This document shows positions 46,658-56,132 of a stretch of DNA of 64,000 nucleotides, one piece after another (position 1 is the first letter of the stretch; each line of letters begins with the position of its first letter). The notes below the pieces were generated by a model, which worked only from the letters and a program-made list of their open reading frames with translations, made no database searches and was not told where the DNA came from. Source of the stretch: Blastocladiella emersonii ATCC 22665. Taxonomy: Eukaryota > Fungi > Blastocladiomycota. A program made the position numbers and the translations under genes. The DNA lies in contig JANHCV010000012.1 in NCBI GenBank assembly GCA_025594325.1, positions 1,364,001-1,428,000 of the forward strand, written 5' to 3'.

Positions 46658-48016
46658 ATGAAGGTGAGATTACTGCAATAAATCGCACGCAACACACGAG
46701 CAGGTCGCCAGCGTCATGCACCGACCCGGTCGCAGATACACCCTCCGGACGGCATCCCGCGCCGTTGGCCGAGGCGGACTAGCTCCACTGATTCCGCACC
46801 CCTCCTTGCGTTGTGCGCGAACGCGCCGCGCAGACAGGGGTGACGTTGACAAAGGTGGCCACGCCGGGCCATCCGTCGCGGCGCCCTGAAAAAGCGCTGT
46901 GGCGGGTGAAACTCGGGCGTGGTGGGTCCTCTCGGTCGGTGTTCCTCTGTGAGCGGGCAACGCTTGGCTTGCTTTGTACTGGTTGCTCCCCGGGCTCTGT
47001 AACGCGGCGCCAGGGGCTGTAACGGCCCTCCTGGCGCTGCTGCCGACGGGCGCAGAGACCGGGCATGTTGGACTTGGCCAATCAACCGCTCAGAAAGCAC
47101 TGGCATTCCCGACCCCGCCATGTGTTGCACCCCTCGCACTCCACTCGAACGAATCGCTCATCGCTTTGCTGCCCTTTCCCCCGCCGATGCACCCTGTCGC
47201 GCGCGATGTCCCGGCATTCTCGCCGTCGCTAGCTCAACATCGCCGACCCCTCGACCGGTTCCCAGAAGACCTTTGAGATCGATGACGAGAAGCGCTAGTA
47301 CGTTGTTTTGCTGTCCCTGCGTCCGTTGTACTGGTGGGATGCTGACCCTGGCCCTCCCTGGCAACAGCCACGTCCTGATCGACAAGCGCATCTCGGCCGA
47401 GGTCCCCGGCGACCAGCTCGGCGATGAGTTCAAGGGCTACATCTTCAAGATCACCGGCGGAAACGACAAGCAGGGCTTCCCCATGAAGCAGGGTGTCCTC
47501 GTCAACCACCGTGTGCGCCTCCTCCTCTCGGAGGGCCACTCGTGCTTCCGCCCCCGCCGCACCGGTGAGCGCAAGCGCAAGTCGGTCCGTGGTTGCATCA
47601 TCAACCACGACATCTCGGTCGTCTCCCTCGTCGTCGTCAAGAAGGGCGAGAACGAGATTGCCGGCGTCACCGACGTGACCGTCCCCAAGCGCCTCGGCCC
47701 CAAGCGCGCCTCGAAGATCCGCAAGATGTTCAACCTCACCAAGGACGACGACGTGCGCAAGTACGTCATCCGCCGCGAGGTCGCGACCAAGAAGGAGGGC
47801 GTCGTCAAGTCCAAGGCCCCCAAGATCCAGCGCCTGGTCACCCCCCTCACCCTCCAGCGCAAGCGCGCCCGCCACGCCGAGAAGCGCAACCGCGCCATCG
47901 CCGCCCGCGATGCCGCCGCCGAGTACAAGAAGCTCCTGGCCCAGCGCCACCACGAGGAGCGCGAGAAGAAGCAGCAGAAGAAGTCGTCGCGCCGCGCCTC
48001 GACCGCCTCGGCCTAA
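46658..48016 (+). CDS. RPS6: 40S ribosomal protein S6 (eS6); exons 46658-46663, 47233-47297, 47368-48016
   Basis: MK|[22 protein letters not shown]|[63 protein letters not shown], and a terminal [10 protein letters not shown] phosphorylation tail. Intron 1 is 569 nt. Confidence 0.96.
46859..47095 (+). ncRNA. Candidate structured intronic RNA element in RPS6 intron 1
   Basis: A 15-bp stem 46870-46884/46894-46908 with 4 G-U pairs, an outer stem 46859-46865/46916-46922, an 11-bp stem 47004-47014/47030-47040, and further pairings. Identity unknown. Confidence 0.45.
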
Positions 48017-48450
48017 GCTTCTCCTCCCCTCTTACTCTGCCGCGTGCCACTCTTCGCCGTCGTGTTTGGTCCTCGCGAGTTGAATACACGGTCATGTTAG
48101 GCTTCAAACCATCCTCGTCTTTTGTCCGGACTAGCGGCTCAGTTGAGCGTCGTTTGTGATGGAGAAGTCACTTAAAAGTGGTGTGCAGGCTGGAGTGAGC
48201 TGGTTCTGACCGATCAAGCTTGAAGCGCTATCCACTTTCTCCCCGACCCTTCACCATCCCATGCAGCCCGCTCATGAGCTTGGATGTAACATGCCGCAAT
48301 TTACCAAATGCACACGATGCTCTTACTCTCCGCACGGCTCAACGATTGGTAAATAGTTGCAAGTCGCGCTAGCTCAGCTCACTGCGGTGGCGCTCCAGCC
48401 GCTGGCGGCTGACGGCGGGCGCCTTCGCCGCCCACCACTTCGAGCATGCC

Positions 48451-48762
48451 GTGGTCGATTCTGCCACCGTTTCGACGTGGACCGAAGCGGCTCCGAACAA
48501 CGCACAGCACTACGACCAGGCGCAGGGCTACTCGCACGCGGATGCAGCTTCATACTGGCACGCGGGACACAGTTCAGTAGCTCACTACTACAACAGCAGC
48601 CATCACCAGCCGTCGGACGACTACTCGCACGCCGCCTCGCATGCACACTCGCGCTCGTACGCCGTGAACAGCGTCGTGAACAGCGTGAGCTACTCGAGCA
48701 GCGTGGCGCATGTCAGTGGCGGCGTTGGTCATTTCCATGGAGACTCTGGCGGTTCTGATTGA
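48451..48762 (+). pseudogene. 5'-truncated Ser/His/Gly-rich coding fragment resembling the C-terminal tail of the 49400 protein
   Basis: No in-frame ATG (TAG at 48370). The His/Ser/Tyr-rich frame ends GDSGGSD*, like EDSGGGGGGGSSD* in the next gene. Confidence 0.4.
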
Positions 48763-49399
48763 GTAAATCGCGACCAGCAACTTTGAATCGCCCAATATAC
48801 CTCCTTGGTTTTGTGAAAAGGAGCTGTCGCGCGGTTTAACTGAGCAGCCAGCCTTGGAAACGTGTCGCGCGTCCTCGTGCAGATGAGCGACGCGGGGCCG
48901 TCGCAAAGACTCCGACCCGTCAACTGTCCGCTCATGAAGGCTCATGTTTGTTTTCGGACCTGCCACGCGTCAACGAGCAAAGTGTCATTCCTGTCCGCTA
49001 ATTAGCTGTTTTGGCAGGGTGCGTGCTCGTCAGTGAGGGTGACCCCTTCCATCCGAGGCCTACACACCGTTTTGCCGGCTTGCGGGGAGGAAGCGCGTAG
49101 AGACGCGAGGCACCCTCTCAGCCAGGTGGCGAGACGCGGGGTGGGTGCTGCGTCGTGATGGGGACCGTGATCGAAAACGTGGCGGCGCCCGCTTGAGTCG
49201 GCCGCCGCCACCGGCTCGAGGGACCCTGATCCACGCCACAAGGGTCAGCACGGGTCCGAGCTCGTCGATCGAAACTACCCCGCGACCACTGCCATGAACG
49301 CTTGATTCTTGCCTTATAAGTAGCGGCATTCCCGCTTTCTCCGATAGAACTAGACCGTCAAGTCGAACCGCGCTTGCCCCTCGACCAACACCAACAACC

Positions 49400-50116
49400 A
49401 TGACAAACTCCTCCGCCCTCGGCTGGCCAGTTTGGGCAGGCATCGGCCTCGGAGCCGCCGTGCTACTCGCCATCATCGTCTGGGTTCTTCGCCGCCGGAG
49501 CCAGGGCGCCAAGGAGCCCGTCCTGCCCGTCAGCGCCCCACCTGCGCCGCCTGCCACGACGGGCCCGAAGCCGAAGCAGAACAAACCCGGTAAGGGTAAC
49601 GTCAAGTCGCAGGGCGGCGCTGCTGCGGGTCCAATGCCAAGTGGTCCAGGCAAACAGAAGAGGCACGAGATCAAGGGCGCAAAGGACCAGGCGGTCCGCA
49701 CCGAGGATCCCGCCACCACGGCCAACAACGACTACCTGCTGATGATGACCGTCATGGAGTACGGCGAGTGCGACGAGGCCTACGACGCGGGCAACGCGTC
49801 CTCGTCCGCGGCGGCGCCCGCGCACCCCGACTCGATCGCCCAGCAGTCCTCGTCCTCGGCAGGCCACCACGCGCACCGCCCGCCGTACACGCACTCGCAG
49901 CCCAACCACCACACGCCCGGCTACGGCGGCGGCGTGACGTGGAGCGAGTCGGTCAACGAGCCCGCGTCGCACGAGTACACGTCGTCGTCCAGCCGCCATC
50001 ACCATCACGACACGTCCAACTCGTACAGCTATAGCGGCGGCAACGACTACTCGTCCTCGAGCGGCGGCGGTGGCGAGGACAGCGGTGGTGGTGGTGGCGG
50101 CGGGAGCAGTGATTGA
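49400..50116 (+). CDS. Single-pass membrane protein, tandem family member A (N-terminal TM, Pro/Lys then Ser/His/Gly-rich tail)
   Basis: LGWPVWAGIGLGAAVLLAIIVWVL followed by RRR; intronless; TTATAA at about 49313. Confidence 0.75.
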   Translation: MTNSSALGWPVWAGIGLGAAVLLAIIVWVLRRRSQGAKEPVLPVSAPPAPPATTGPKPKQNKPGKGNVKSQGGAAAGPMPSGPGKQKRHEIKGAKDQAVRTEDPATTANNDYLLMMTVMEYGECDEAYDAGNASSSAAAPAHPDSIAQQSSSSAGHHAHRPPYTHSQPNHHTPGYGGGVTWSESVNEPASHEYTSSSSRHHHHDTSNSYSYSGGNDYSSSSGGGGEDSGGGGGGGSSD

Positions 50117-50489
50117 TTGATGGAAAATATATGCGCCTTTCGCGCTTCGTGGTCTACTCTGAGTTGACGCGGTTCGAGCAAGGAAGGCCTGAGAGACGCT
50201 GCGAGACACTGGTACTCGCTGCGCAACGCGACGCGGCTCGCTGGACTGCGTGTCTCCCACTCCTGTGAGCGAACAGTGACCATCGTGGGACTGCGATAGC
50301 CTTTGATCGTCGTCGGACGCGGCAACGCGAGTGCGAACATCTGGCTCGGCTGGGAGACAGAGGCTCGCGGCTCGCGCGCTGCGAGCAACCTGGGTTGTTG
50401 ATCTGGATCACGGCCTGCCCGCGCATTCGGCGCACCCTTCTTCGCGAGATCACGTCAAACAAGGAGCACACTTTATGTAACAGCCCAAA

Positions 50490-51086
50490 ATGCCCGCGAT
50501 CGGCAGCGTCAAGGGCGAGGACTCGGTCCTCGGCTGGCTCATCTGGGTCGCCGTCGCCCTTGCGTCGGTCTTTGTCCTGTGGCTCATCACGTTCATCTGG
50601 CGGCGCCTGCGCGGCGCGTCGTCCATGACCGTCGTGCCTACCGACGACACGGACGTGTCTGCGGGCAAGTTAGCAGAAGGCAAGTCGGGCGGCGGCGACA
50701 ACGCGGTCCAGCCGTTGAAGACTGCCGCGCTCCGCGGCAATTCCAAACACGGCCACGATGCCACGGACGACAAGGCCAGCAACGTGCTGTGGACTGACGG
50801 CAAGCCCATCTTCAACATGCCGACGGCACACGGCCAGCACGGCATGAACTGGTCGGCCGGCTCGGGCTCAAGTCGCGGGTCGGGGACCGCGGCTGTGGGC
50901 TACATAGGGTCGGTGGGCGTTCTTGGCGCCGTCACTGCGGCCATAGTCAACGCTGCCGACAACGCGACCGAGGTTGGCGGCGGCGACGCGGACGGAGGTA
51001 ACGACAGCGGTGGTGGCGGCGGAGGCCTCGACGTGTTTGGGTTTGGCGACGTGGGCGGGTTTGACGGAAACATCATTGACGATTGA
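50490..51086 (+). CDS. Single-pass membrane protein, tandem family member B
   Basis: MPAIGS...LGWLIWVAVALASVFVLWLITFIW-RRLR, HGHD, LWTDGKPIFNMPTAHG, Gly/Asp tail. Confidence 0.75.
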   Translation: MPAIGSVKGEDSVLGWLIWVAVALASVFVLWLITFIWRRLRGASSMTVVPTDDTDVSAGKLAEGKSGGGDNAVQPLKTAALRGNSKHGHDATDDKASNVLWTDGKPIFNMPTAHGQHGMNWSAGSGSSRGSGTAAVGYIGSVGVLGAVTAAIVNAADNATEVGGGDADGGNDSGGGGGGLDVFGFGDVGGFDGNIIDD

Positions 51087-51520
51087 TCGCGTTGATTGGC
51101 AGTCGTCGCGGTGGCCATTGAATCACGGTAATAGACGTATAACTTTTTCGGCGTAAGACCAGACGCAGCGAGGAACCGCAAGGTTGGGCTCGCTTCGCTG
51201 CCGATCGGCGGGGACGCGTCAAAGTATCATGTGAGATCACGCCACAAGTGTGGGACGCGCGAGACACCGCGCATCGCGATGCGGTCACGGGCCGCGTGCC
51301 TCGCGTCCGATGCAGCCGACTCAGATGACCATCGTGAGCATCACAAAGCGATTCCGATCGGTGACCGCTCCGCTCAAGCTAAGGCCATCGGATCGTGCGG
51401 ACGATGATGCGCCGTGAGCTGAGCTTGCATGTGCGAGCCGCAACGATGCCTGCGGCATGATCCACGCGGGGTCCTTGCTCCGACAGGGAAGGATAACCAT
51501 GCACGATTGATGAGATACTC

Positions 51521-52216
51521 ATGAATCACGCCATGCCCTCAGTCGGCAGCACATCAACCTCAGACTCGACGGGCGGATACCTCACCTGGATTGCGACGAA
51601 CTTTGGAGCGGTCGTCGGGCTCCGCCTTCTTGCGTACTTTTGGAAACGGCTCCGAAGTCGTACCAGCGCCACGACTGTGCTGACCGGTGACCCGGCTTTC
51701 GAGACGGCCGCCGCTACACGAACAGTGCCTCGAGTCAAGTTACACGGCCACAAGCACCACCACCACCACCACCGTCACCTTCGCCCGCACGGGCACGATG
51801 GCCATCGAGTCGATGGCGCCAAAAGTCCAGCTTTCAACTCGCTGCAGACGGACGGGATGCCCATCTTCGACACTCCGACTGCGCCTGGCTCGCTCAACAT
51901 ACTCGCGACCAACTCGTACTCGAGCCATGGATCGGACTCGTTCAGCGACGGCTCCTTCACGGGTTCTGGCTCACGCTCGGGTTCCATCGGATCGGCCTCC
52001 GTGAAATCGGGTGTCGGCAAGGAAGACGGACCGTCGAGCGGGGAAGAGCTCTTTGTCACGGCAGCGTTGCTCCCGAGTCGCTCGGCCGACAGCGTAGTGT
52101 CGTCGCGGAGCCGCGACACTAATAGCTCCGCGGCCACGGGCGACAGTGGTGGACAAGGTGACGTGGACGGTGGCAGCGGTGGTCCTGAAAGGCATGATAG
52201 TAATAGAGCCGGCTGA
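51521..52216 (+). CDS. Single-pass membrane protein, tandem family member C
   Basis: MPSVGS...GYLTWIATNFGAVVGLRLLAYFW-KRLR, a His run, HGHD, LQTDGMPIFDTPTAPG, Ser/Gly tail. Collinear with member B. Confidence 0.7.
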   Translation: MNHAMPSVGSTSTSDSTGGYLTWIATNFGAVVGLRLLAYFWKRLRSRTSATTVLTGDPAFETAAATRTVPRVKLHGHKHHHHHHRHLRPHGHDGHRVDGAKSPAFNSLQTDGMPIFDTPTAPGSLNILATNSYSSHGSDSFSDGSFTGSGSRSGSIGSASVKSGVGKEDGPSSGEELFVTAALLPSRSADSVVSSRSRDTNSSAATGDSGGQGDVDGGSGGPERHDSNRAG

Positions 52217-52423
52217 TCAAGGCAAAGGAATTACTACGCGTTTGGATATCATGTGAGGGCACGCCGCTGCTGCGAGACATGCGGGACACGCAACTGATGG
52301 CACGTTGGCAGAGGATGTTTCTCGCGCCTCGCGTCCCCACCACTTGTCGACATACGTGCACGAGTCGCCGAAGAGCTGAGAATGAATTAGTGAATGTATT
52401 GCGGTAGTAGCTACTCGACGCGC

Positions 52424-53974
52424 TCACAGTTCCAGCGCATCCACGCGCTCGACCAACCCGTCCGCGCCCGCATCCGTGTCGACGAGGAGCCACGCGCGCA
52501 CCGTGTTCTCGTCAATCACGTCGCCCCACGCGGCGTCCCAGTTGTCGATCCACCAGCGGACGAGGGAGAGCCATGGCCCACGGTCGTCCGCGACGAGCAT
52601 AGCGTCAGCGAGCGGGTCGGGTCCGCGGATCCAGGTGGCGCCCCAGACGCGCGCGAGGTTGGACGCGGGCATGCGGGTGGTAGCGTGGGCGCGCGCGATG
52701 CGGCGGAGGACCCAGGCGGTGAGGGCGACGGCGACGCGGAGTTTGGGCGAGGGGATGAGCAGGGCGTCGCGGAACGCGGGCCACGGCGGGAGCGGCTGCT
52801 GGTTGACGGACGCGTCGGTGGGTTGCGCGGCGGCGTGCCACGAGCGCAGCGCGGGGTAGGCCGAGGCGGGGACGACGGGGTCGGGCAGCTCGCGGAAGTA
52901 GCGGGCGAGCAGGGTATCGGCGACGAGCGGCGCGTCGCCATGGAGCCCGTCGCCCTCGTCGTCGCTCGTGTCGAGGGCGCCGGGGAGGAAGGGCGAGGGG
53001 GTGGAGGCGGGTGGCGGCCACTTGGGTTTCCGGCCGGCGAGGGCGACGTGGTGGCGGTCGAGGAAGGCGCGGGCGCGGACCACGTCGGAGCCGCGGGGCG
53101 CGCGGCGGCAGATGCCCTCGGTGGCGAGTCCGGCGGGCGAGGCCATGACGCGGGCGGCGAGGACGACGCAGAGCGGGACGGGGGTGGGCAGGAGGTCGGG
53201 TGGGGCGGTGAACTCGGAGGCGAGCGGCGGCCACCAGTGGGCGGCGTCGAGGAGGGCGGGCGGGAGGTGCTTGGCCCAGTCGGGGTTCTCGCGGGCGAGG
53301 TGGTTGTGGGCGAGGACGGCGGCGGGGATGCGCAGCGAGGCGAGGTCGGGGAAGGCGTCGCGCGGGAGTGCGCTGAGGGTCGGGATGTACTGGACCTTGC
53401 GAAAGAACTTGGGGCTGACGAGGGCGCGCATGAACTCGAGGACGACCTTCATCCAGGCGGTCGGGTGGACGAGGTAGAGCTGCTTGAGGTTCTTTCGGAA
53501 TCTAGCGGCGAGCCTCCACCGGCGCGGGCGGCGGCGCGTTAGGTTGCTGATATTTCGTGAAATGAAAGGAGAGACGCACTTGCGGTCCATGGAGCGGTAG
53601 GCGCGGTAGAACCAGCGCGTCGAGGGGCGGTGCTCCGCGCCGGCGCCGAGCACGACGGCGACGTACTCGTCCACTTCGGAAGAGGCGGCATCGAGGGTGC
53701 GCGAGAGCAGGGCAATGAGCTCGGCGAGAATGACGTCGGGCGACAGGATGGCGGGGTCGAGCAGGTGGCACACGCAGAAGACGATGACGGCGCGGCCCAT
53801 GGAGTCGGCGCCGGCGTGGTACAGGACGTGGTCGCGGATGTAGGCGGCCTGGTCCTCGGGCGGCGACCCGCGGCGCAGGTTTTGCGAGGCGCGCGGCAGG
53901 TAGAGCGGCGGGCCGAGGTGGATTGCGTCCTCGTCGGTCGGGTCGTCGGCGGTTGTCGGGGGTGCGGACGCCAT
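52424..53974 (-). CDS. BCH/CRAL-TRIO plus RhoGAP protein (ARHGAP1/8-like); intron 53502-53579
   Basis: LYHAGADSMGRAVIVF, RWFYRAYRSMDRK|FRKNLKQLYLVHPT, SPKFFRKVQY, LATEGICRRAP (Arg finger), LARYFRELPDPVVP, TRMPASNLARVWG. Confidence 0.85.
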   Translation of the reverse strand: MASAPPTTADDPTDEDAIHLGPPLYLPRASQNLRRGSPPEDQAAYIRDHVLYHAGADSMGRAVIVFCVCHLLDPAILSPDVILAELIALLSRTLDAASSEVDEYVAVVLGAGAEHRPSTRWFYRAYRSMDRKCVSPFISRNISNLTRRRPRRWRLAARFRKNLKQLYLVHPTAWMKVVLEFMRALVSPKFFRKVQYIPTLSALPRDAFPDLASLRIPAAVLAHNHLARENPDWAKHLPPALLDAAHWWPPLASEFTAPPDLLPTPVPLCVVLAARVMASPAGLATEGICRRAPRGSDVVRARAFLDRHHVALAGRKPKWPPPASTPSPFLPGALDTSDDEGDGLHGDAPLVADTLLARYFRELPDPVVPASAYPALRSWHAAAQPTDASVNQQPLPPWPAFRDALLIPSPKLRVAVALTAWVLRRIARAHATTRMPASNLARVWGATWIRGPDPLADAMLVADDRGPWLSLVRWWIDNWDAAWGDVIDENTVRAWLLVDTDAGADGLVERVDALEL

Positions 53975-54461
53975 GGTTGCGCGGGTCACGGTCGTTGCAT
54001 GGGGAGTGTGGGTGCGGTTGCAGCAGGTCGCATGCCTGTGCGTCGCCTTCCCTGCCCTGTGTGCTGGCGAGGTGAGCGAGTGTGGCGGCGGCGGCGGCGC
54101 GGCGCTGTGTGGCGGGGCGCGTCCACGGCGCCGCACACGTGGGCCGGCTGCCGCGCCCGTCACGCGACGCGTTGCCATGGCGCGATTCGGTCGGCGTGTT
54201 GCGCCACTTTTGGCGGAGCGGCTCCAAGCTCTCCCGCGCGGCTTCCTCTCCCGCTGACGGCCCGAACGATGGCCCATCGCCCCATGTATCACGACATGCA
54301 CCGCGCCTCCCGAGCATTCACGCGCTGCCAACCAACGCGCACCTGCCGCCCGGCCCGACGTGTGCCCGAGAGCGGCGCGGGAGGCGCTCTGCTTTAAGGT
54401 GCAGCGTCTCCCGCTTGCCGAGCGCCGATGCCCCTCTGCACCGCACGCACACCGGCCCGCA

Positions 54462-56063
54462 ATGCTCGCCGTCGAGTCGCCCCTCTCTCCTCCCGCCCGG
54501 ACACTGCCCACCCGCGCCGCCGACGTGATCGACACCATGCCCTCCTCGACCTCCACCGCATCGCCGGATCCCAACGCCGCCGCCGCTGCGCCCGCGCGCC
54601 CCGACCCGCACGCGACCAACCCGTACCTCAAGCTCGTCGCCGACCAGCACATTGCGCACATCCCGTCCTTCACGCTCGAGTGCGGCGCAACGCTGACCGA
54701 CGTGCCCGTCGCCTACAAGACGTGGGGCACCCTCAACGCCGCCGGCACCAACGTGCTGGTCATCTGCCACGCCCTGAGCGGGTCCGCCGACGTGGCCGAC
54801 TGGTGGGCGCCGCTGCTCGGGCCCGGCCGCGCCTTTGACACGCGCCGCTTCTTCGTCGTGTGCTGCAACGTGCTCGGGTCGCCCTACGGGTCCGCCTCGC
54901 CGCTGTCCGTGAACCCCGCCACGGGGCGCATCTACGGGCCCGGCTTCCCCGTGGCCTCGATCCGCGACGACGTGCGCATCCACCGCCGCGTCCTCGACTC
55001 GCTGGGCGTGCGCCAGGTCGCCTTCGCCATCGGCGGCAGCATGGGCGGCGCCCAGGTCCTCGAGTGGGGCGCCGAGTTCGGGCCCGACTACGTCCGCTTC
55101 CTCGTCCCCATGGCCACGTCGAGCCGCCACTCGGCCTGGTGCATCTCGTGGGGCGAGGCACAGCGCCAGGCCATCTTCGCCGACCCAAACTACCTCGACG
55201 GCCACTACCCGGTCGCCAACGGGCCCGTCACCGGCCTCGCTAGCGCCCGCATGCAGGCCATGCTCACCTACCGTTCGCGCAACTCGTTCGAGTCGCGCTT
55301 TGGCCGCAAGGTCATGACGCGCGCCGGTTCCGGCACCGCGACGGTCGCGGCGCAGGAGCAGCAGCAGGTGCCGCCGCCCGTCAAGGCCGTGGCCGGGTCC
55401 GACGAGGCCGCCGCCGCCCCGCTCAGGCTCGCCCACAACGACGGCCTCGAGCACTACCGCTCCAACTCGTCGTCGAACCTCCTCGCCACCGCCACCGCTT
55501 CCGCCGCTGCCGCCGCGCAGACCCCGCCCCCGCCCGCCGCACCCGTCGCGCCCGAGTCCAAGGTAACGCCAGGCGTCTTCTCAGCGCAGTCGTACCTGCG
55601 GTACCAGGGCGACAAGTTCGTGCGCCGCTTCGACGCCAACTGCTACATCTCCCTGACGCGCAAGCTCGACACCCACGACGTGTCGCGCGGCCGCACCGCC
55701 GGCGTGCCCGCGACGACCGAGGCCGAGGACGAGCTTCAGCACTGGACCGCCGTCGCCCACGCCGTGCGCCAGCCCACGCTCGTGCTGGGCGTGGAGAGCG
55801 ATGGGCTGTTCACGCTCGGCGAGCAGGAACAGCTCGCGGCGCGGCTGCCCAACGCGCGGCTCGAGGTCATCCAGTCGCCCGACGGGCACGACGGGTTCCT
55901 GCTCGAGTTTGACCAGGTTGGCCGGCATGTCGCCGCGTTCATGCGCGAGGTCGCGCCTGAGCTGTTTGCTGCCGACGGTGCGGCGAAGGACGGCGAGGAG
56001 GTTGCGCTCGGCGAGACGGCCTTCACAAGCACGTTTGGCGAAGCCGATCTCATCGCGTGGTAG
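54462..56063 (+). CDS. MET2: Homoserine O-acetyltransferase (MetX family), intronless
   Basis: VAYKTWGTLN, ICHALSGSADV, CCNVLGSPYGS, IGGSMGG (catalytic Ser), RFDANCY, VESDGLF, SPDGHDGFLLE. Confidence 0.92.
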   Translation: MLAVESPLSPPARTLPTRAADVIDTMPSSTSTASPDPNAAAAAPARPDPHATNPYLKLVADQHIAHIPSFTLECGATLTDVPVAYKTWGTLNAAGTNVLVICHALSGSADVADWWAPLLGPGRAFDTRRFFVVCCNVLGSPYGSASPLSVNPATGRIYGPGFPVASIRDDVRIHRRVLDSLGVRQVAFAIGGSMGGAQVLEWGAEFGPDYVRFLVPMATSSRHSAWCISWGEAQRQAIFADPNYLDGHYPVANGPVTGLASARMQAMLTYRSRNSFESRFGRKVMTRAGSGTATVAAQEQQQVPPPVKAVAGSDEAAAAPLRLAHNDGLEHYRSNSSSNLLATATASAAAAAQTPPPPAAPVAPESKVTPGVFSAQSYLRYQGDKFVRRFDANCYISLTRKLDTHDVSRGRTAGVPATTEAEDELQHWTAVAHAVRQPTLVLGVESDGLFTLGEQEQLAARLPNARLEVIQSPDGHDGFLLEFDQVGRHVAAFMREVAPELFAADGAAKDGEEVALGETAFTSTFGEADLIAW

Positions 56064-56132
56064 AGCTGCTGACATACCTAAGTTGATAAAATGTATTCAA
56101 AACAAACCAGCGCAAACTAGCTACAACTCTAC

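Noticed and set aside
47013-47232. SRP RNA in the RPS6 intron (GGCTGTAACGGC resembles the fungal Alu-domain start)
   Set aside because: No downstream helix 8 with a GNRA loop and SRP54-binding internal loop could be found.
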